NCBI GenBank assembly: GCA_045655825.1
Contig: JAZOPY010000142.1
Location: forward strand, 9,922 to 73,921
Reading direction: 5' to 3'
Length of the DNA: 64,000 nt
Source of the DNA: Candidatus Cryptobacteroides sp.
GTDB taxonomy: Bacteria > Bacteroidota > Bacteroidia > Bacteroidales > UBA932
Shown in pieces: positions 29,975 to 40,323 of this stretch. A program made the position numbers and the translations under genes. Numbering within the stretch: the first letter of the stretch is position 1; each line of letters opens with the position of its first letter. The notes under the pieces were generated by a model. It saw only the letters and a program-made list of their open reading frames with translations, made no database searches and was not told where the DNA came from.

Positions 29975-31657
29975 ATGAGTGAAGAGATGATCCCTGATGT
30001 AGAATTGACATCAGATGTACTTGCAAAGAATCTTGCAGAGCTTGTTGCATTGTTTGAGGAGCTCATGCAGAATGAGGAAAGAATGAAGATGTCCAAGGAT
30101 GCTGAGGCCATCAAGGCAGCGTTTTACAAGAGACTTCTTAAAGAAAAGTCTGAAGTAGTTGCTGACGAGACAGAAGAGGGCGCAGAAAATCCTTTTGCTG
30201 CGATTGAAGCAGGTTTTAAGGACTTATATAATAAATATAGAAAAGAGCGTTCTGAGTTCAATATGCAGCTTGAGAAGGAGCGCGAGCAGAATCTTGCTCT
30301 TAAGGAGGCTGTGATCGCAGATCTTAAGGCCCTGCTCGAGAAGCAGGAGGATGTAAATGCTACATTCCCTGAGTTCCGTGAGATTCAGAACCGTTGGAAG
30401 GCTGTAGGAGCGGTTCCTGCTCAGAATTTCAGAAACATCAATGAGACCTATCAGCTCTATGTCGAGCAGTTCTATGATATGGTGAAGATCAATCGCGAGC
30501 TTCGTGACCTTGACTTCAAGAAGAACCTTGAGGCTAAGGAGCAGTTCTGCCAGGCTGCAGAGGCCCTTGCTGAGAGTGAGAATGTTGTCGAGGCATTCCG
30601 CGAGCTCCAGAAACTTCACGATGAGTGGAAGGAGTATGGTCCTGTAGCAAAGGAATACAGAGAGGCTATATGGGAGCGCTTCAAAGCTGCTACAGCAGTA
30701 ATCAACAAGAAATATCAGGCTCATTTCGAGGGACTTAAGGAGCAGCAGACAGAGAATCTTGCAAAGAAGACAGTTCTGTGTGAGAAGGTAGAGGAAATTG
30801 CTGCAAGAGAGGTTACTGGCTCAAATCAGTGGAATGAGTTCTCAAAGGAGATTGAAGATATCCAGAAAGAATGGAAGACCATCGGCTTCGCATCAAAGAA
30901 GGACAACCAGAAGATTTATGACCGTTTCCGCGCTGCCTGCGATCAGTTCTATTCACGTAAGCGTGATTTCTATACAGATTATAAGGACAGCATAAATTCA
31001 AACCTTGATAAGAAGATCGCTATCTGCGAAGCTGCTGAGGCTCTCAAGAGCAGCACAGAGTGGAAGAAGGCTACAGATCAGTTCATCTCTCTCCAGAAGC
31101 AGTGGAAGGAGATCGGAGCAGTTCCACGCAAGAAGTCAGAGCAGCTTTGGAAGAGATTCCGTGCGGCATGTGACGAGTTCTTCGCTGAAAGAGATAGGCA
31201 GGCCAAGCCGGAGAATGACTACTACGGAAACCTGAAGGCAAAGAACAGACTCATCGAGGAGATCAAGGCTTACGAGCTTAAGGGTGACGAATCGGACATT
31301 CAGGCAATGCATGATTTCCAGAACAGATGGCAGGAAATAGGTTTCGTGCCGTTCAAGGAGAAGGACAATGTCGCAAAGGCATACAAGGAGGCTATCTCAA
31401 AGTTCGCCTCATCTCGTCCTCAGCGTCGTTCACGTGGTGGAAGACAGCTCTCTGAGAAGGAGATCCTTGTACAGAAGTATAATGCTCTCGAGCAGGATAT
31501 CGTGACATATGAGAACAATATCGGTTTCTTCTCGATGTCAAAGACTTCGGAGCCTCTCATCAAGCAGATGCAGGAGCGCATCGCACAGTCTAAGGCAGAG
31601 CTTGCCAAACTTGCAGAACAGATTAGAAATATCTCTGACGCTGAGTCACAGGAATAA
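29975..31657 (+). CDS. DUF349 domain protein
   Basis: Repeated WK.IG.VP...W.RF.AA helical units, RDLDFKKNLEAK. Confidence 0.9.
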   Translation: MSEEMIPDVELTSDVLAKNLAELVALFEELMQNEERMKMSKDAEAIKAAFYKRLLKEKSEVVADETEEGAENPFAAIEAGFKDLYNKYRKERSEFNMQLEKEREQNLALKEAVIADLKALLEKQEDVNATFPEFREIQNRWKAVGAVPAQNFRNINETYQLYVEQFYDMVKINRELRDLDFKKNLEAKEQFCQAAEALAESENVVEAFRELQKLHDEWKEYGPVAKEYREAIWERFKAATAVINKKYQAHFEGLKEQQTENLAKKTVLCEKVEEIAAREVTGSNQWNEFSKEIEDIQKEWKTIGFASKKDNQKIYDRFRAACDQFYSRKRDFYTDYKDSINSNLDKKIAICEAAEALKSSTEWKKATDQFISLQKQWKEIGAVPRKKSEQLWKRFRAACDEFFAERDRQAKPENDYYGNLKAKNRLIEEIKAYELKGDESDIQAMHDFQNRWQEIGFVPFKEKDNVAKAYKEAISKFASSRPQRRSRGGRQLSEKEILVQKYNALEQDIVTYENNIGFFSMSKTSEPLIKQMQERIAQSKAELAKLAEQIRNISDAESQE

Positions 31658-31681
31658 TAAGAATATAACAGATAAGAATTG

Positions 31682-33631
31682 ATGAATAAGAATACTATTT
31701 TAGGCTTTCTAGCCATTGGTGCCATAATGTTTGGTTTCTCGTGGTATCAGTCATCGCAGATGAAGGATCGCGTTCAGGCAGAGCAGGAGGCAAAGACAAA
31801 GCAGCAGATTGAAATGACGCAGGAGGCTCTTATAGCCTCTGAACAGGCTTCTATTGCGGATTCGTTGAATAAAGTAGCAGAGGCGAATCTTACAGAAGCT
31901 GCTCCGCAGCAGGAAGAGACTGTTGCAGTCAATGTTCAGGCTGTGCAGATGCCATACAAATCTGAACTTCTCAATAATGCATATTATGCTTCTGTCCCAC
32001 AGTTTGATACACTCTCTACTGACCTGGTAGAGATTGTCTTGACTACAAAGGGAGCTCAGCCTTATTCTGTAAGACTCAAGAAATACAATGCATACAATCC
32101 AGAGAACCCTGATTCTCCAAAGGAACTGTTCTTTGTGAGACCAGGTTCAAGTGATTACAATATCAACCTTGAGCTTGCAGAGCGAGTAAGCGGAACCAAG
32201 AATACCCTCGATACCAGAGATTTTTGTTTCCAGCTCGATCAGGAACAGTCTACTGATAATGTTGTAGTGATGAAACTCCCTTACGAGGGTGGATACATCC
32301 AGCAGAAATATTGGATAGACAACGACAGCTACATGCTTAAGAATGAGCTTTCGTTTATCGGCATGAATCAGATCGTGGATGATATAACTGACACATATAC
32401 AACTGATTGGAAGCTGTACATCCCAAGACTCGAGAAGGGTTACAAGAACGAGAAGCAGTACTCGAAACTTGATTACTATTACTCAGGAGAGGATGATGTG
32501 GAAGAGATTGCAAGAGGAAAGGATGAGCATGAAAGAGTTTCATCACGTCTGAAGTGGTTTGCTTTCCAGCAGCAGTTCTTCTCTGCAATCGTAACTCCGG
32601 AAAAGGAGTTTGATGGCGCAGACTTCACAGTAAACTACTATTCTGACAAGGAGTACGAGGAGTATGGAAACCTCATGGTATGCAAGGCCAGGATGTATTC
32701 GTCTTTCCCTACAAAATCGGAGAATGTGGTTGCAGCATGCGATTTCTATATCGGACCAAACGACTACAAGACTCTCAAGAGCTATGACCGTCATTATGAG
32801 GAAATCATCCCTCTTGGAAGCTGGATTGTTTCATGGTTCAGCAAATGGGTGATCATCCCTGTATTCGACTTCCTCGGCAAGTTCATCAGCAACTATGGAA
32901 TCATCATCCTTTTGATGACCATCCTGATCAAGCTTCTTCTTACTCCACTTACGCTGAAGTCATACAAGTCAACAGCTAAGATGCAGGTGCTCAAGCCTGA
33001 GATGGATAAGCTTAACGAGAAGTATCCGAAGCCTGAGGATGCAATGAAGAAGCAGCAGGCAATGATGAATCTCTACCAGAAGGCTGGTGTAAGCCCGATG
33101 GGCGGATGTCTTCCTATGTTGCTCCAGATGCCTATCCTCTTTGCGATGTTCCGATTCTTCCCCGCGTCGATCGAGCTTCGTCAGCAGAGCTTCCTCTGGG
33201 CAGATGACCTCAGTGCATACGATTCAATCATTGAGTTCGGTCATATTCCGCTTCTTGGAGACCATATCTCTCTGTTCGCACTTCTTATGGCACTCTCGAT
33301 GTTCTTCTACTCGAAGATCAGTTCAGCACAGATGTCAGACGGCGGTATGCCTGGTATGAAGTTCATGAGCCTCTACCTTATGCCTATCATGATGTTCTTC
33401 ATCTGTAACAGCCTTTCAAGTGCGCTCAGCTACTACTATCTCCTTTCTAACCTTATCACAATGGGTATGACATGGTATATCCGCAAGTATATTGTGACCG
33501 AGGAGAAGGTAAGGGCGCAGATGGCTGCAGCAGCTGCCAAGCCACGACAGAAGTCTAAGTGGCAGCTCCGTCTCGAAGAGGCGCAGAGAATGCAGGAGCA
33601 GATGCAGAAGGAAAGAAAGAACCGTCGCTAA
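31682..33631 (+). CDS. yidC: Membrane protein insertase YidC
   Basis: NYGIIILLMTI, PMGGCLPMLLQMP, FLWADDLS. Confidence 0.95.
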   Translation: MNKNTILGFLAIGAIMFGFSWYQSSQMKDRVQAEQEAKTKQQIEMTQEALIASEQASIADSLNKVAEANLTEAAPQQEETVAVNVQAVQMPYKSELLNNAYYASVPQFDTLSTDLVEIVLTTKGAQPYSVRLKKYNAYNPENPDSPKELFFVRPGSSDYNINLELAERVSGTKNTLDTRDFCFQLDQEQSTDNVVVMKLPYEGGYIQQKYWIDNDSYMLKNELSFIGMNQIVDDITDTYTTDWKLYIPRLEKGYKNEKQYSKLDYYYSGEDDVEEIARGKDEHERVSSRLKWFAFQQQFFSAIVTPEKEFDGADFTVNYYSDKEYEEYGNLMVCKARMYSSFPTKSENVVAACDFYIGPNDYKTLKSYDRHYEEIIPLGSWIVSWFSKWVIIPVFDFLGKFISNYGIIILLMTILIKLLLTPLTLKSYKSTAKMQVLKPEMDKLNEKYPKPEDAMKKQQAMMNLYQKAGVSPMGGCLPMLLQMPILFAMFRFFPASIELRQQSFLWADDLSAYDSIIEFGHIPLLGDHISLFALLMALSMFFYSKISSAQMSDGGMPGMKFMSLYLMPIMMFFICNSLSSALSYYYLLSNLITMGMTWYIRKYIVTEEKVRAQMAAAAAKPRQKSKWQLRLEEAQRMQEQMQKERKNRR

Positions 33632-34311
33632 TGATTCCAAAAATTATCAATAAGTTACATTCGGAACTGCCAGCAGCTGTAAAGCTGGTGGCAGTTTCTA
33701 AATTCCACCCTTTCGAGTCCATTGAGGAGGCGTATGAAGCTGGTCAGCGAATCTTTGCTGAGAGTCGTCCTCAGGAACTGCAGGCTAAAGTACGTCAGCT
33801 GCAGGAGCAGCGGCCGGATATGGCTGACGTGGAGTGGCATTTCATCGGCCACCTGCAGACGAATAAGCTGAAAATGGTGCTTCCATACGTAGCCCTGGTT
33901 CAGTCGGTAGATTCTGTGCGCCTGCTCGATGCCATTGAGTCATGGGCAGGGGCCAATGATCGCGTGATCAATGTGTTGCTGGAGCCGCATGTTGCTGCCG
34001 AACAGACAAAGCAGGGTTTTGCCGAAGATGAAATATATTCGATCCTCCAGTCGGCTGTAAAGGGGGAGTATAAGCATGTCCGCTTCTGCGGCATAATGGG
34101 TATGGCTACGTTTACGGATGATATGGACGTTGTACGTTCGGATTTCGCTGCCCTTCGTTCGATATTTGACAACTGTCGCCTGCTTTTTCCTGAATTTTCT
34201 TCAGAATTCAACGAGTTGTCTATCGGAATGTCAGATGATTATCCTGTCGCTATGGAATATGGCTCCACTATGGTCCGCATCGGGTCTATGATATTTGGCG
34301 AAAGAGTCTGA
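33631..34311 (+). CDS. yggS: YggS-family PLP homeostasis protein
   Basis: LVAVSK, WHFIGHLQTNK, SIGMSDDY, GSTMVRIGS; ATG overlaps the yidC stop. Confidence 0.93.
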   Translation: MIPKIINKLHSELPAAVKLVAVSKFHPFESIEEAYEAGQRIFAESRPQELQAKVRQLQEQRPDMADVEWHFIGHLQTNKLKMVLPYVALVQSVDSVRLLDAIESWAGANDRVINVLLEPHVAAEQTKQGFAEDEIYSILQSAVKGEYKHVRFCGIMGMATFTDDMDVVRSDFAALRSIFDNCRLLFPEFSSEFNELSIGMSDDYPVAMEYGSTMVRIGSMIFGERV

Positions 34312-34429
34312 TTTTCGCCACACACTCCAAAATTTTCACCACATAAAAACGTATTTTACGGCGACAAAGTGGATTCTACGGCATTGCCGGTCGATTATTT
34401 CGGCCGGTATTTTTCTTGATATACCTTTG
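34311..34429 (+). promoter_or_regulatory. Phased direct repeats and -7 promoter upstream of the SDR gene
   Basis: ATTTTCRCCACA at 34311 and 34332, ATTYTACGGC at 34353 and 34373; TACCTTTG at 34422-34429. Confidence 0.55.
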
Positions 34430-34449
34430 CGTCGGTAAAATTAGTGGAT

Positions 34450-35259
34450 ATGAAATTTGAAAATGCAAACGTGCTGATTACCGGAGGTGCTTCCGGAATA
34501 GGAAAGATAATGGGGCGCATGGCTCTTGAGAAGGGAGCTAAATGCTTTATAATATGGGATATTAATATGAAAGGTATTGACGAGACCTGTAAGGAGTTGA
34601 GTCAGTATGGAAATGTGAAGGGTTTTGTCGTTGACGTTTCCAAGAACGATGTTGTGCAGATGATGTATGCCAAGACTGTAGAGGAGTGTGGAGATATAGA
34701 CATCCTGATCAACTGTGCCGGTATCATCACCAGCAACAAGACGTTTGATCAGCAGACCCCTGATGAGATTGTGCGTACGATGAATATCAATACCATAGCT
34801 CCAATGTTTGTCGCTCGTGCAGCGCTTCCAGATATGCTTCGCAGAAACAAGGGACACCTTTGCACCATTGCATCTGCTGGTGGAATGCTGTCAAATCCGA
34901 AGATGTCCGTCTATGCAGCCAGCAAGTGGGGAGTGATCGGTTGGTCTGATTCGGTACGAATCGAGCTGCAGGAGATGAAAAGCAAGGTGCGCATGACGAC
35001 GATCGCCCCTTATTATATCAATACAGGAATGTTTGAAGGAGTGAAGTCAAGCATTTTCCCGATTCTTAAACCAGAATATGTAGCTAAAAAAGTAATCCGT
35101 GCAATAGAGAAGAATAAGATGTTCAAGGGAATCCCGTTCGGATTCCATTTTATCCGATTCTGGCAGTTTCTGCTGCCGACCAGGATATTTGACTTTTTCT
35201 TTGGAAAGGTCTTTGGAATTTACCATGCTATGGATAACTTCACCGGACGAAAGTCTTAA
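34450..35259 (+). CDS. Short-chain dehydrogenase/reductase (17-beta-HSD11/RDH-like)
   Basis: TGGASGIG, INCAG, YAASK, PYYINTGMF. Confidence 0.92.
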   Translation: MKFENANVLITGGASGIGKIMGRMALEKGAKCFIIWDINMKGIDETCKELSQYGNVKGFVVDVSKNDVVQMMYAKTVEECGDIDILINCAGIITSNKTFDQQTPDEIVRTMNINTIAPMFVARAALPDMLRRNKGHLCTIASAGGMLSNPKMSVYAASKWGVIGWSDSVRIELQEMKSKVRMTTIAPYYINTGMFEGVKSSIFPILKPEYVAKKVIRAIEKNKMFKGIPFGFHFIRFWQFLLPTRIFDFFFGKVFGIYHAMDNFTGRKS

Positions 35260-35261
35260 CC

Positions 35262-35297
35262 AAAAGAAGTTTTAGCGATATCGCTAAAACTTCTTTT
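35262..35297. terminator. Perfect 36-bp palindrome, bidirectional terminator
   Basis: AAAAGAAGTTTTAGCGAT|ATCGCTAAAACTTCTTTT between convergent genes. Confidence 0.75.
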
Positions 35298-35811
35298 TAT
35301 AATCCTGCACGTCAAGTTCCCACTTGCCATGTAGTTTCAATACCATCTCGATCATTTCGCGGGCGCATCCCTTGCCTCCTGGACGGGTCGTCACGTAGTC
35401 TGCTGCCGCAAGGGCTTCAGGAACTGCGTCACATGGACTTACACCGCAGCCGCATTCCAGCATCACAGGTATGTCTGGCAGGTCGTCTCCGAAATACATT
35501 ATCTCTTCGGCACTGATGCCATGGCGGTTGCAGAAGTCCTGGAGATCTTCGATCTTAGCTCTCGAACCGAGGTAGATGTTCTCCATCGGTACTCCGCAGG
35601 TGCGGAAACGTAGTTTTATGCTCTCTGACACGCCTCCAGTGATGATTCCTACATGATATCCCTTCATGTAAGCCATTCTGAGAGCAAATGAATCCTTGGA
35701 GTCAAACACCCTGAGAAGATCGCCTTCCGGAGTCGCCAGGATTCCGCCATCAGTAAGGACGCCGTCTACATCAAAGACAAACGCCTTGATCTTGTTCAGT
35801 TTTTCAGTCAT
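35284..35811 (-). CDS. kdsC: KdsC-family HAD phosphatase
   Basis: FDVDGVLTDG, GDDLPD, GGKGCARE. Confidence 0.88.
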   Translation of the reverse strand: MTEKLNKIKAFVFDVDGVLTDGGILATPEGDLLRVFDSKDSFALRMAYMKGYHVGIITGGVSESIKLRFRTCGVPMENIYLGSRAKIEDLQDFCNRHGISAEEIMYFGDDLPDIPVMLECGCGVSPCDAVPEALAAADYVTTRPGGKGCAREMIEMVLKLHGKWELDVQDYKKKF

Positions 35812-36119
35812 TACGATATTGCTCCTCCTCCGAAGCCGCCCATTGGGGCCTGAGGTTTGTTCTCACCGCCGAGAACGATCTGTCCGTGCTGACTTTCGTA
35901 TTTGTTGATGTTGTCCTGGAGGGCAAGATAGAGTCTTTTTGCGTGCTCCGGATTCATGATTATTCTGTTGTGGACTTCTGGTTTAGGGAGTCCCGGAAGC
36001 ATTGATGCGAAGTCGATGATGAACTCGCTGCGTGAGTGTGTGATGATTGCGAGATTTGAGTATGATCCCTTAGCTACATCGCTTTTCAGCTCGATGCTGA
36101 AGTCTTTTTCGTTTGCCAT
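35811..36119 (-). CDS. DUF3467 family protein
   Basis: YSNLAIITHS.SEFIIDF, RIIMNPEHAKRL. Confidence 0.9.
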   Translation of the reverse strand: MANEKDFSIELKSDVAKGSYSNLAIITHSRSEFIIDFASMLPGLPKPEVHNRIIMNPEHAKRLYLALQDNINKYESQHGQIVLGGENKPQAPMGGFGGGAIS

Positions 36120-36239
36120 AATATTTTGTTTTTATTGTATCATTCTTCAATGCAAAGTTAGTGATTTTTTTAGTATCTTTGCATAATTGTGCTTATTGTG
36201 CAATGTTGTATTGTAGATTTTGAAATATATATAATAAGT

Positions 36240-38885
36240 ATGGAACTTCCAGCAAAGTATGATCCTGCCTTGACGGAGGATAAATGGTATGCCTATTGGC
36301 TAAAAAACAAGTTTTTCCACTCAGAACCAGACGAGAGAGAGCCTTATACAATCGTGATTCCGCCACCTAATGTGACAGGTATCCTGCACATGGGTCATGT
36401 GCTCAACAACACTCTTAATGACGTACTCGTGCGCAAGGCGAGAATGGACGGCAAGAACGCTTGCTGGGTGCCTGGTACTGATCATGCCTCAATTGCTACT
36501 GAAAATAAGGTGGTGCAGAAGCTTGCTGCTGAGGGAATTAAGAAAGAGGATCTTACCCGTGAGCAGTTCCTTGAGCATGCTTGGGAGTGGAAGGAGAAGC
36601 ACGGTGGCATCATCCTCAGCCAGCTCCGTAAGCTCGGTGCATCATGCGACTGGGACAGAACAAAGTTCACTATGGATCCGGATCTGAGTGATGCGGTAAT
36701 CAGCACATTCGTATATTTCTACAACAAGGGATACATCTACAGAGGTGTACGTATGGTAAACTGGGATCCTGTTGGCCTTACAGCAGTGTCAGACGAGGAG
36801 GTGATCCACAAGGACACTGTCAGCAAGTTCTACCACATGAGATATTTCATCTCAGACGGCAACGGAAACCCTACTGACAAATACATCATCATTGCGACAA
36901 CACGCCCTGAGACCATTATGGCGGATGCTGCTGTCTGCGTGAACCCTGCAGATGAGAGATATCACTGGCTCAAGGGCAAGAAGGTGCTTATCCCATTGAT
37001 CAACAAGGAGATTCCTGTCATCGAGGACAGCTATGTTGCTATGGACTTCGGTACAGGATGTCTTAAGGTGACTCCAGCTCACGACGTAAACGACTACGAG
37101 ATCGGTATGCGTCACAATCTCCCTGTACTCGACATCATCGACGATCATGGCCGTCTCAATGAGAAGGCTCAGATTCTCGTAGGTGAGGATCGTTTCGATG
37201 CACGTAAGAAGATCGTCAAGATGCTTGAGGAGGCAGGAAACCTCGAGAAGATGGAGGATTATACATCTCCTGTAGGTTACTCAGAGAGAACAAACGCTGT
37301 CATCGAGCCAAGACTCTCGATGCAGTGGTTCCTCAAGATGGAGGCCCTTGCAAAGGATGCTCTCGAGTCAGTTGAAAGCGGCGCCGTAAAGCTTATCCCA
37401 GACAAATACCGCAATACATACCGTCACTGGATGGAGAACGTACGCGACTGGTGTATCTCTCGCCAGCTCTGGTGGGGACAGCGCATCCCTGCATACTATC
37501 TCCCTGATGGACAGGTAGTTGTTGCAGAAACAGCAGAGAAGGCTCTTGAGGCTGCACGGGCTATTGACGTAAACCTTACAGCTGCTGACCTTCGTCAGGG
37601 TGAGGATGTTCTTGTCACATGGTTCTCATCATGGCTCTGGTCTATCTCAGTGTTCGATACATACAAGGCAGGCCATCCTGAGGCAGAGCCAAACAAGGAT
37701 CTTGCATACTACTATCCTACAAATGACCTTGTGACCGGACCGGATATCCTTTTCTTCTGGGTTGCACGTATGATCATGGCAGGAAACGAGTTCATGAATG
37801 ATGTTCCGTTCCGTAACGTATATCTTACTGGTATCGTTCGTGACAAGCTCGGCCGCAAGATGTCGAAGACTCTCGGAAACTCTCCAGACCCGCTGGACCT
37901 TATCGAGAAATATGGTGCTGACGCAGTTCGTCTTGGTATGCTCCTCTGCAGCTCAGCAGGAAACGACATCCTTTACGATGAGTCACAGATCGAGCAGGGA
38001 CGTAACTTCAATAATAAGGTATGGAATGCATTCCGTCTCGTAACAGGTTGGACTGTAGATGCAGCAGCACAGCAGCCGGAGGCTTCTGCAGTTGCTGTGA
38101 AGTGGTTCGACAACAAGCTCAGCCAGGTGGTTGAGACTGTAGAGGATCATTTCTCTAAGTTCCGTATCTCTGATGCACTCATGGCCATCTACAAGTTCTT
38201 CTGGGATGACTTCTGCGCATGGTACCTTGAGGCTGTCAAGCCAGCATACGGTGCGGGTATCGACAAGACTACATACGATGCTACTATCGGATTCTTCGAC
38301 GCTCTTCTCAAGATGATTCATCCAATCATGCCGTTCATCACTGAGGAACTCTGGCAGAACATGGCTGAGCGCAAGGAAGGGGAGACCATCATGAATCAGC
38401 GTTATCCACAGGCCAAGGCATACGATGCTGACTTCATTGCAGCATTTGAGATGGCTTGTGAGGCTGTTGCCGGTGTACGTAACATCCGCCAGAGCAAGAA
38501 CCTTTCACCACGTGAGGCTCTCGATCTCAAGATCAAGGGTGCTTTCCCGGCTGAGGTTCTTCCTGTGGTTGTGAAGCTTGCTAATGTAACAGTAGGCGAG
38601 GCTGAGGGCGACATGTCGACAGCTCAGAGATTCATGGTAAGGACTGTCGAGATGTTTGTACCTCTCACCGGTCTTATCAATGTCGATGAGGAGATCGCAA
38701 AGCTTGAGGCCGAGCTCGCATACCAGCAGAAATTCCTTAACAGCGTACGCGGAAAGCTCTCCAACGAGCGCTTTGTTGCCAATGCGCCAGAGGCTGTTGT
38801 TGCTGTTGAGCGTAAAAAAGAGGCTGACTCGCTCTCGAAGATAGAAAGTATCACTGCTGCGCTTAATGCATTGAGAAACAACTGA
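36240..38885 (+). CDS. valS: Valine--tRNA ligase
   Basis: [36 protein letters not shown]-terminal coiled coil; promoter TATCTTTG at 36174-36181. Confidence 0.97.
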   Translation: MELPAKYDPALTEDKWYAYWLKNKFFHSEPDEREPYTIVIPPPNVTGILHMGHVLNNTLNDVLVRKARMDGKNACWVPGTDHASIATENKVVQKLAAEGIKKEDLTREQFLEHAWEWKEKHGGIILSQLRKLGASCDWDRTKFTMDPDLSDAVISTFVYFYNKGYIYRGVRMVNWDPVGLTAVSDEEVIHKDTVSKFYHMRYFISDGNGNPTDKYIIIATTRPETIMADAAVCVNPADERYHWLKGKKVLIPLINKEIPVIEDSYVAMDFGTGCLKVTPAHDVNDYEIGMRHNLPVLDIIDDHGRLNEKAQILVGEDRFDARKKIVKMLEEAGNLEKMEDYTSPVGYSERTNAVIEPRLSMQWFLKMEALAKDALESVESGAVKLIPDKYRNTYRHWMENVRDWCISRQLWWGQRIPAYYLPDGQVVVAETAEKALEAARAIDVNLTAADLRQGEDVLVTWFSSWLWSISVFDTYKAGHPEAEPNKDLAYYYPTNDLVTGPDILFFWVARMIMAGNEFMNDVPFRNVYLTGIVRDKLGRKMSKTLGNSPDPLDLIEKYGADAVRLGMLLCSSAGNDILYDESQIEQGRNFNNKVWNAFRLVTGWTVDAAAQQPEASAVAVKWFDNKLSQVVETVEDHFSKFRISDALMAIYKFFWDDFCAWYLEAVKPAYGAGIDKTTYDATIGFFDALLKMIHPIMPFITEELWQNMAERKEGETIMNQRYPQAKAYDADFIAAFEMACEAVAGVRNIRQSKNLSPREALDLKIKGAFPAEVLPVVVKLANVTVGEAEGDMSTAQRFMVRTVEMFVPLTGLINVDEEIAKLEAELAYQQKFLNSVRGKLSNERFVANAPEAVVAVERKKEADSLSKIESITAALNALRNN

Positions 38886-38921
38886 TAAAACATAGTTGTT
38901 AAGGGTGTTAACATTTTTATT

Positions 38922-39332
38922 ATGTCAAAATTTGAGCATTTTTTAGACGTACAGTACTATGAAACTGACCAGATGGGCATAGTCCACCACTCAAACTACA
39001 TCAGATATTTTGAGTCCGGTAGAACGGCTATGCTCAGGGAGGTCGGTCTGCCGATGCAGAAGATAGAAGAGGCAGGTTTCATGATGCCGATTACGGCGGT
39101 TGAATGCAAGTATAAGATACCTGCAAAACTGGGGGATACCCTGAAGATCGTTACGGTAATGAACGAGATGCCAAGAGCACGACTGACTGTAAACAGCGAG
39201 GTCTTCAACCAGGATGGCCAGTTGCTTTGTACCGGATCGGTGACTATGGGATTCATTGACGTGGCGACTCGCAGGCCTATCAGATGTCCTCAAATATTGC
39301 TTGACATATTCGCAAAACATATAAATAATTGA
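38922..39332 (+). CDS. YbgC/4HBT-family acyl-CoA thioesterase
   Basis: [19 protein letters not shown]. Confidence 0.92.
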   Translation: MSKFEHFLDVQYYETDQMGIVHHSNYIRYFESGRTAMLREVGLPMQKIEEAGFMMPITAVECKYKIPAKLGDTLKIVTVMNEMPRARLTVNSEVFNQDGQLLCTGSVTMGFIDVATRRPIRCPQILLDIFAKHINN

Positions 39333-39336
39333 CATT

Positions 39337-39543
39337 ATGACTACATTGTATTTATTGCCACTTGCTATCGGAATGTGGGAGTGGGTGATTATCGCTCTAG
39401 TCGTTCTTCTTTTATTCGGTGGAAAGAAGATTCCAGAACTTATGAAAGGTATGGGAAAGGGCGTTAAAGCCTTCAAGGACGGTATGAATGGCGTCGAGGA
39501 AGAAGTGAAGGATATCAAGAAAGATGTAGAGTCTGAAAAATAA
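39337..39543 (+). CDS. tatA: Twin-arginine translocase TatA
   Basis: [23 protein letters not shown]. Confidence 0.95.
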   Translation: MTTLYLLPLAIGMWEWVIIALVVLLLFGGKKIPELMKGMGKGVKAFKDGMNGVEEEVKDIKKDVESEK

Positions 39544-39552
39544 TCAGAAACA

Positions 39553-40317
39553 GTGTCGGATTCTGGTGAAATGACGTTCTGGGATCACCTGGATGTCCTT
39601 AGAAAGAGCGTATTCCGTATTGTCGTAGTGATATTGGCGGCAGCAATAGGTCTGTTTGCTTTCAAGGACTTTCTGTTTGATGGTTTGATCCTGGCTCCTT
39701 CCAGAGGGGATTTCTTTCTCTATAAATGGATGGGAGCTGATTTTTCTTTGTCGCTTGTCAATATTGAAGTGACGGCCCAGTTCATGATTCACATGAAGAT
39801 GGCATTCTTATGCGCTATAGTCCTGACCTTTCCATATATGATATTCATGGTCTGGAGATTCATAGCACCAGCACTATATGAAAATGAGAAGAAGAAGGTC
39901 GGTAAGGCCTTCCTGTTTGCATCAGTGTTGTTTTATGTCGGCGTGACAATCGGATATGTGCTGATCTTTCCCTTGATGCTGAACTTTTTTGCTGATTATC
40001 AGGTCAGCGCGGCAGTTCCGAACACCTTCTCACTCTCATCATATATCTCTTTGCTGACATCTATGGTGCTTACATTCGGCATTGTCTTCGAGTTTCCCAC
40101 ATTGGTGGCTCTGCTTTCAGCCCTTGGGATACTCAAGAGGGAATGGATGAAGAAGTACAGAAGACATGCCATTTGTATCGTGGTTATTCTGGCAGCAGTC
40201 ATCACGCCATCCGGAGACCCGTTTTCGTTGGCAGTAGTTGCTTTGCCTTTATACCTTCTCTATGAATTCAGCGTATTCATATGTAAGCCGGAGGAGGTCA
40301 AAACAATTGAAAATTAA
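39553..40317 (+). CDS. tatC: Twin-arginine translocase TatC
   Basis: MTFWDHLDVLR, WRFIAPAL, FEFP, AAVITPSGD. Confidence 0.95.
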   Translation: MSDSGEMTFWDHLDVLRKSVFRIVVVILAAAIGLFAFKDFLFDGLILAPSRGDFFLYKWMGADFSLSLVNIEVTAQFMIHMKMAFLCAIVLTFPYMIFMVWRFIAPALYENEKKKVGKAFLFASVLFYVGVTIGYVLIFPLMLNFFADYQVSAAVPNTFSLSSYISLLTSMVLTFGIVFEFPTLVALLSALGILKREWMKKYRRHAICIVVILAAVITPSGDPFSLAVVALPLYLLYEFSVFICKPEEVKTIEN

Positions 40318-40323
40318 CATTTT

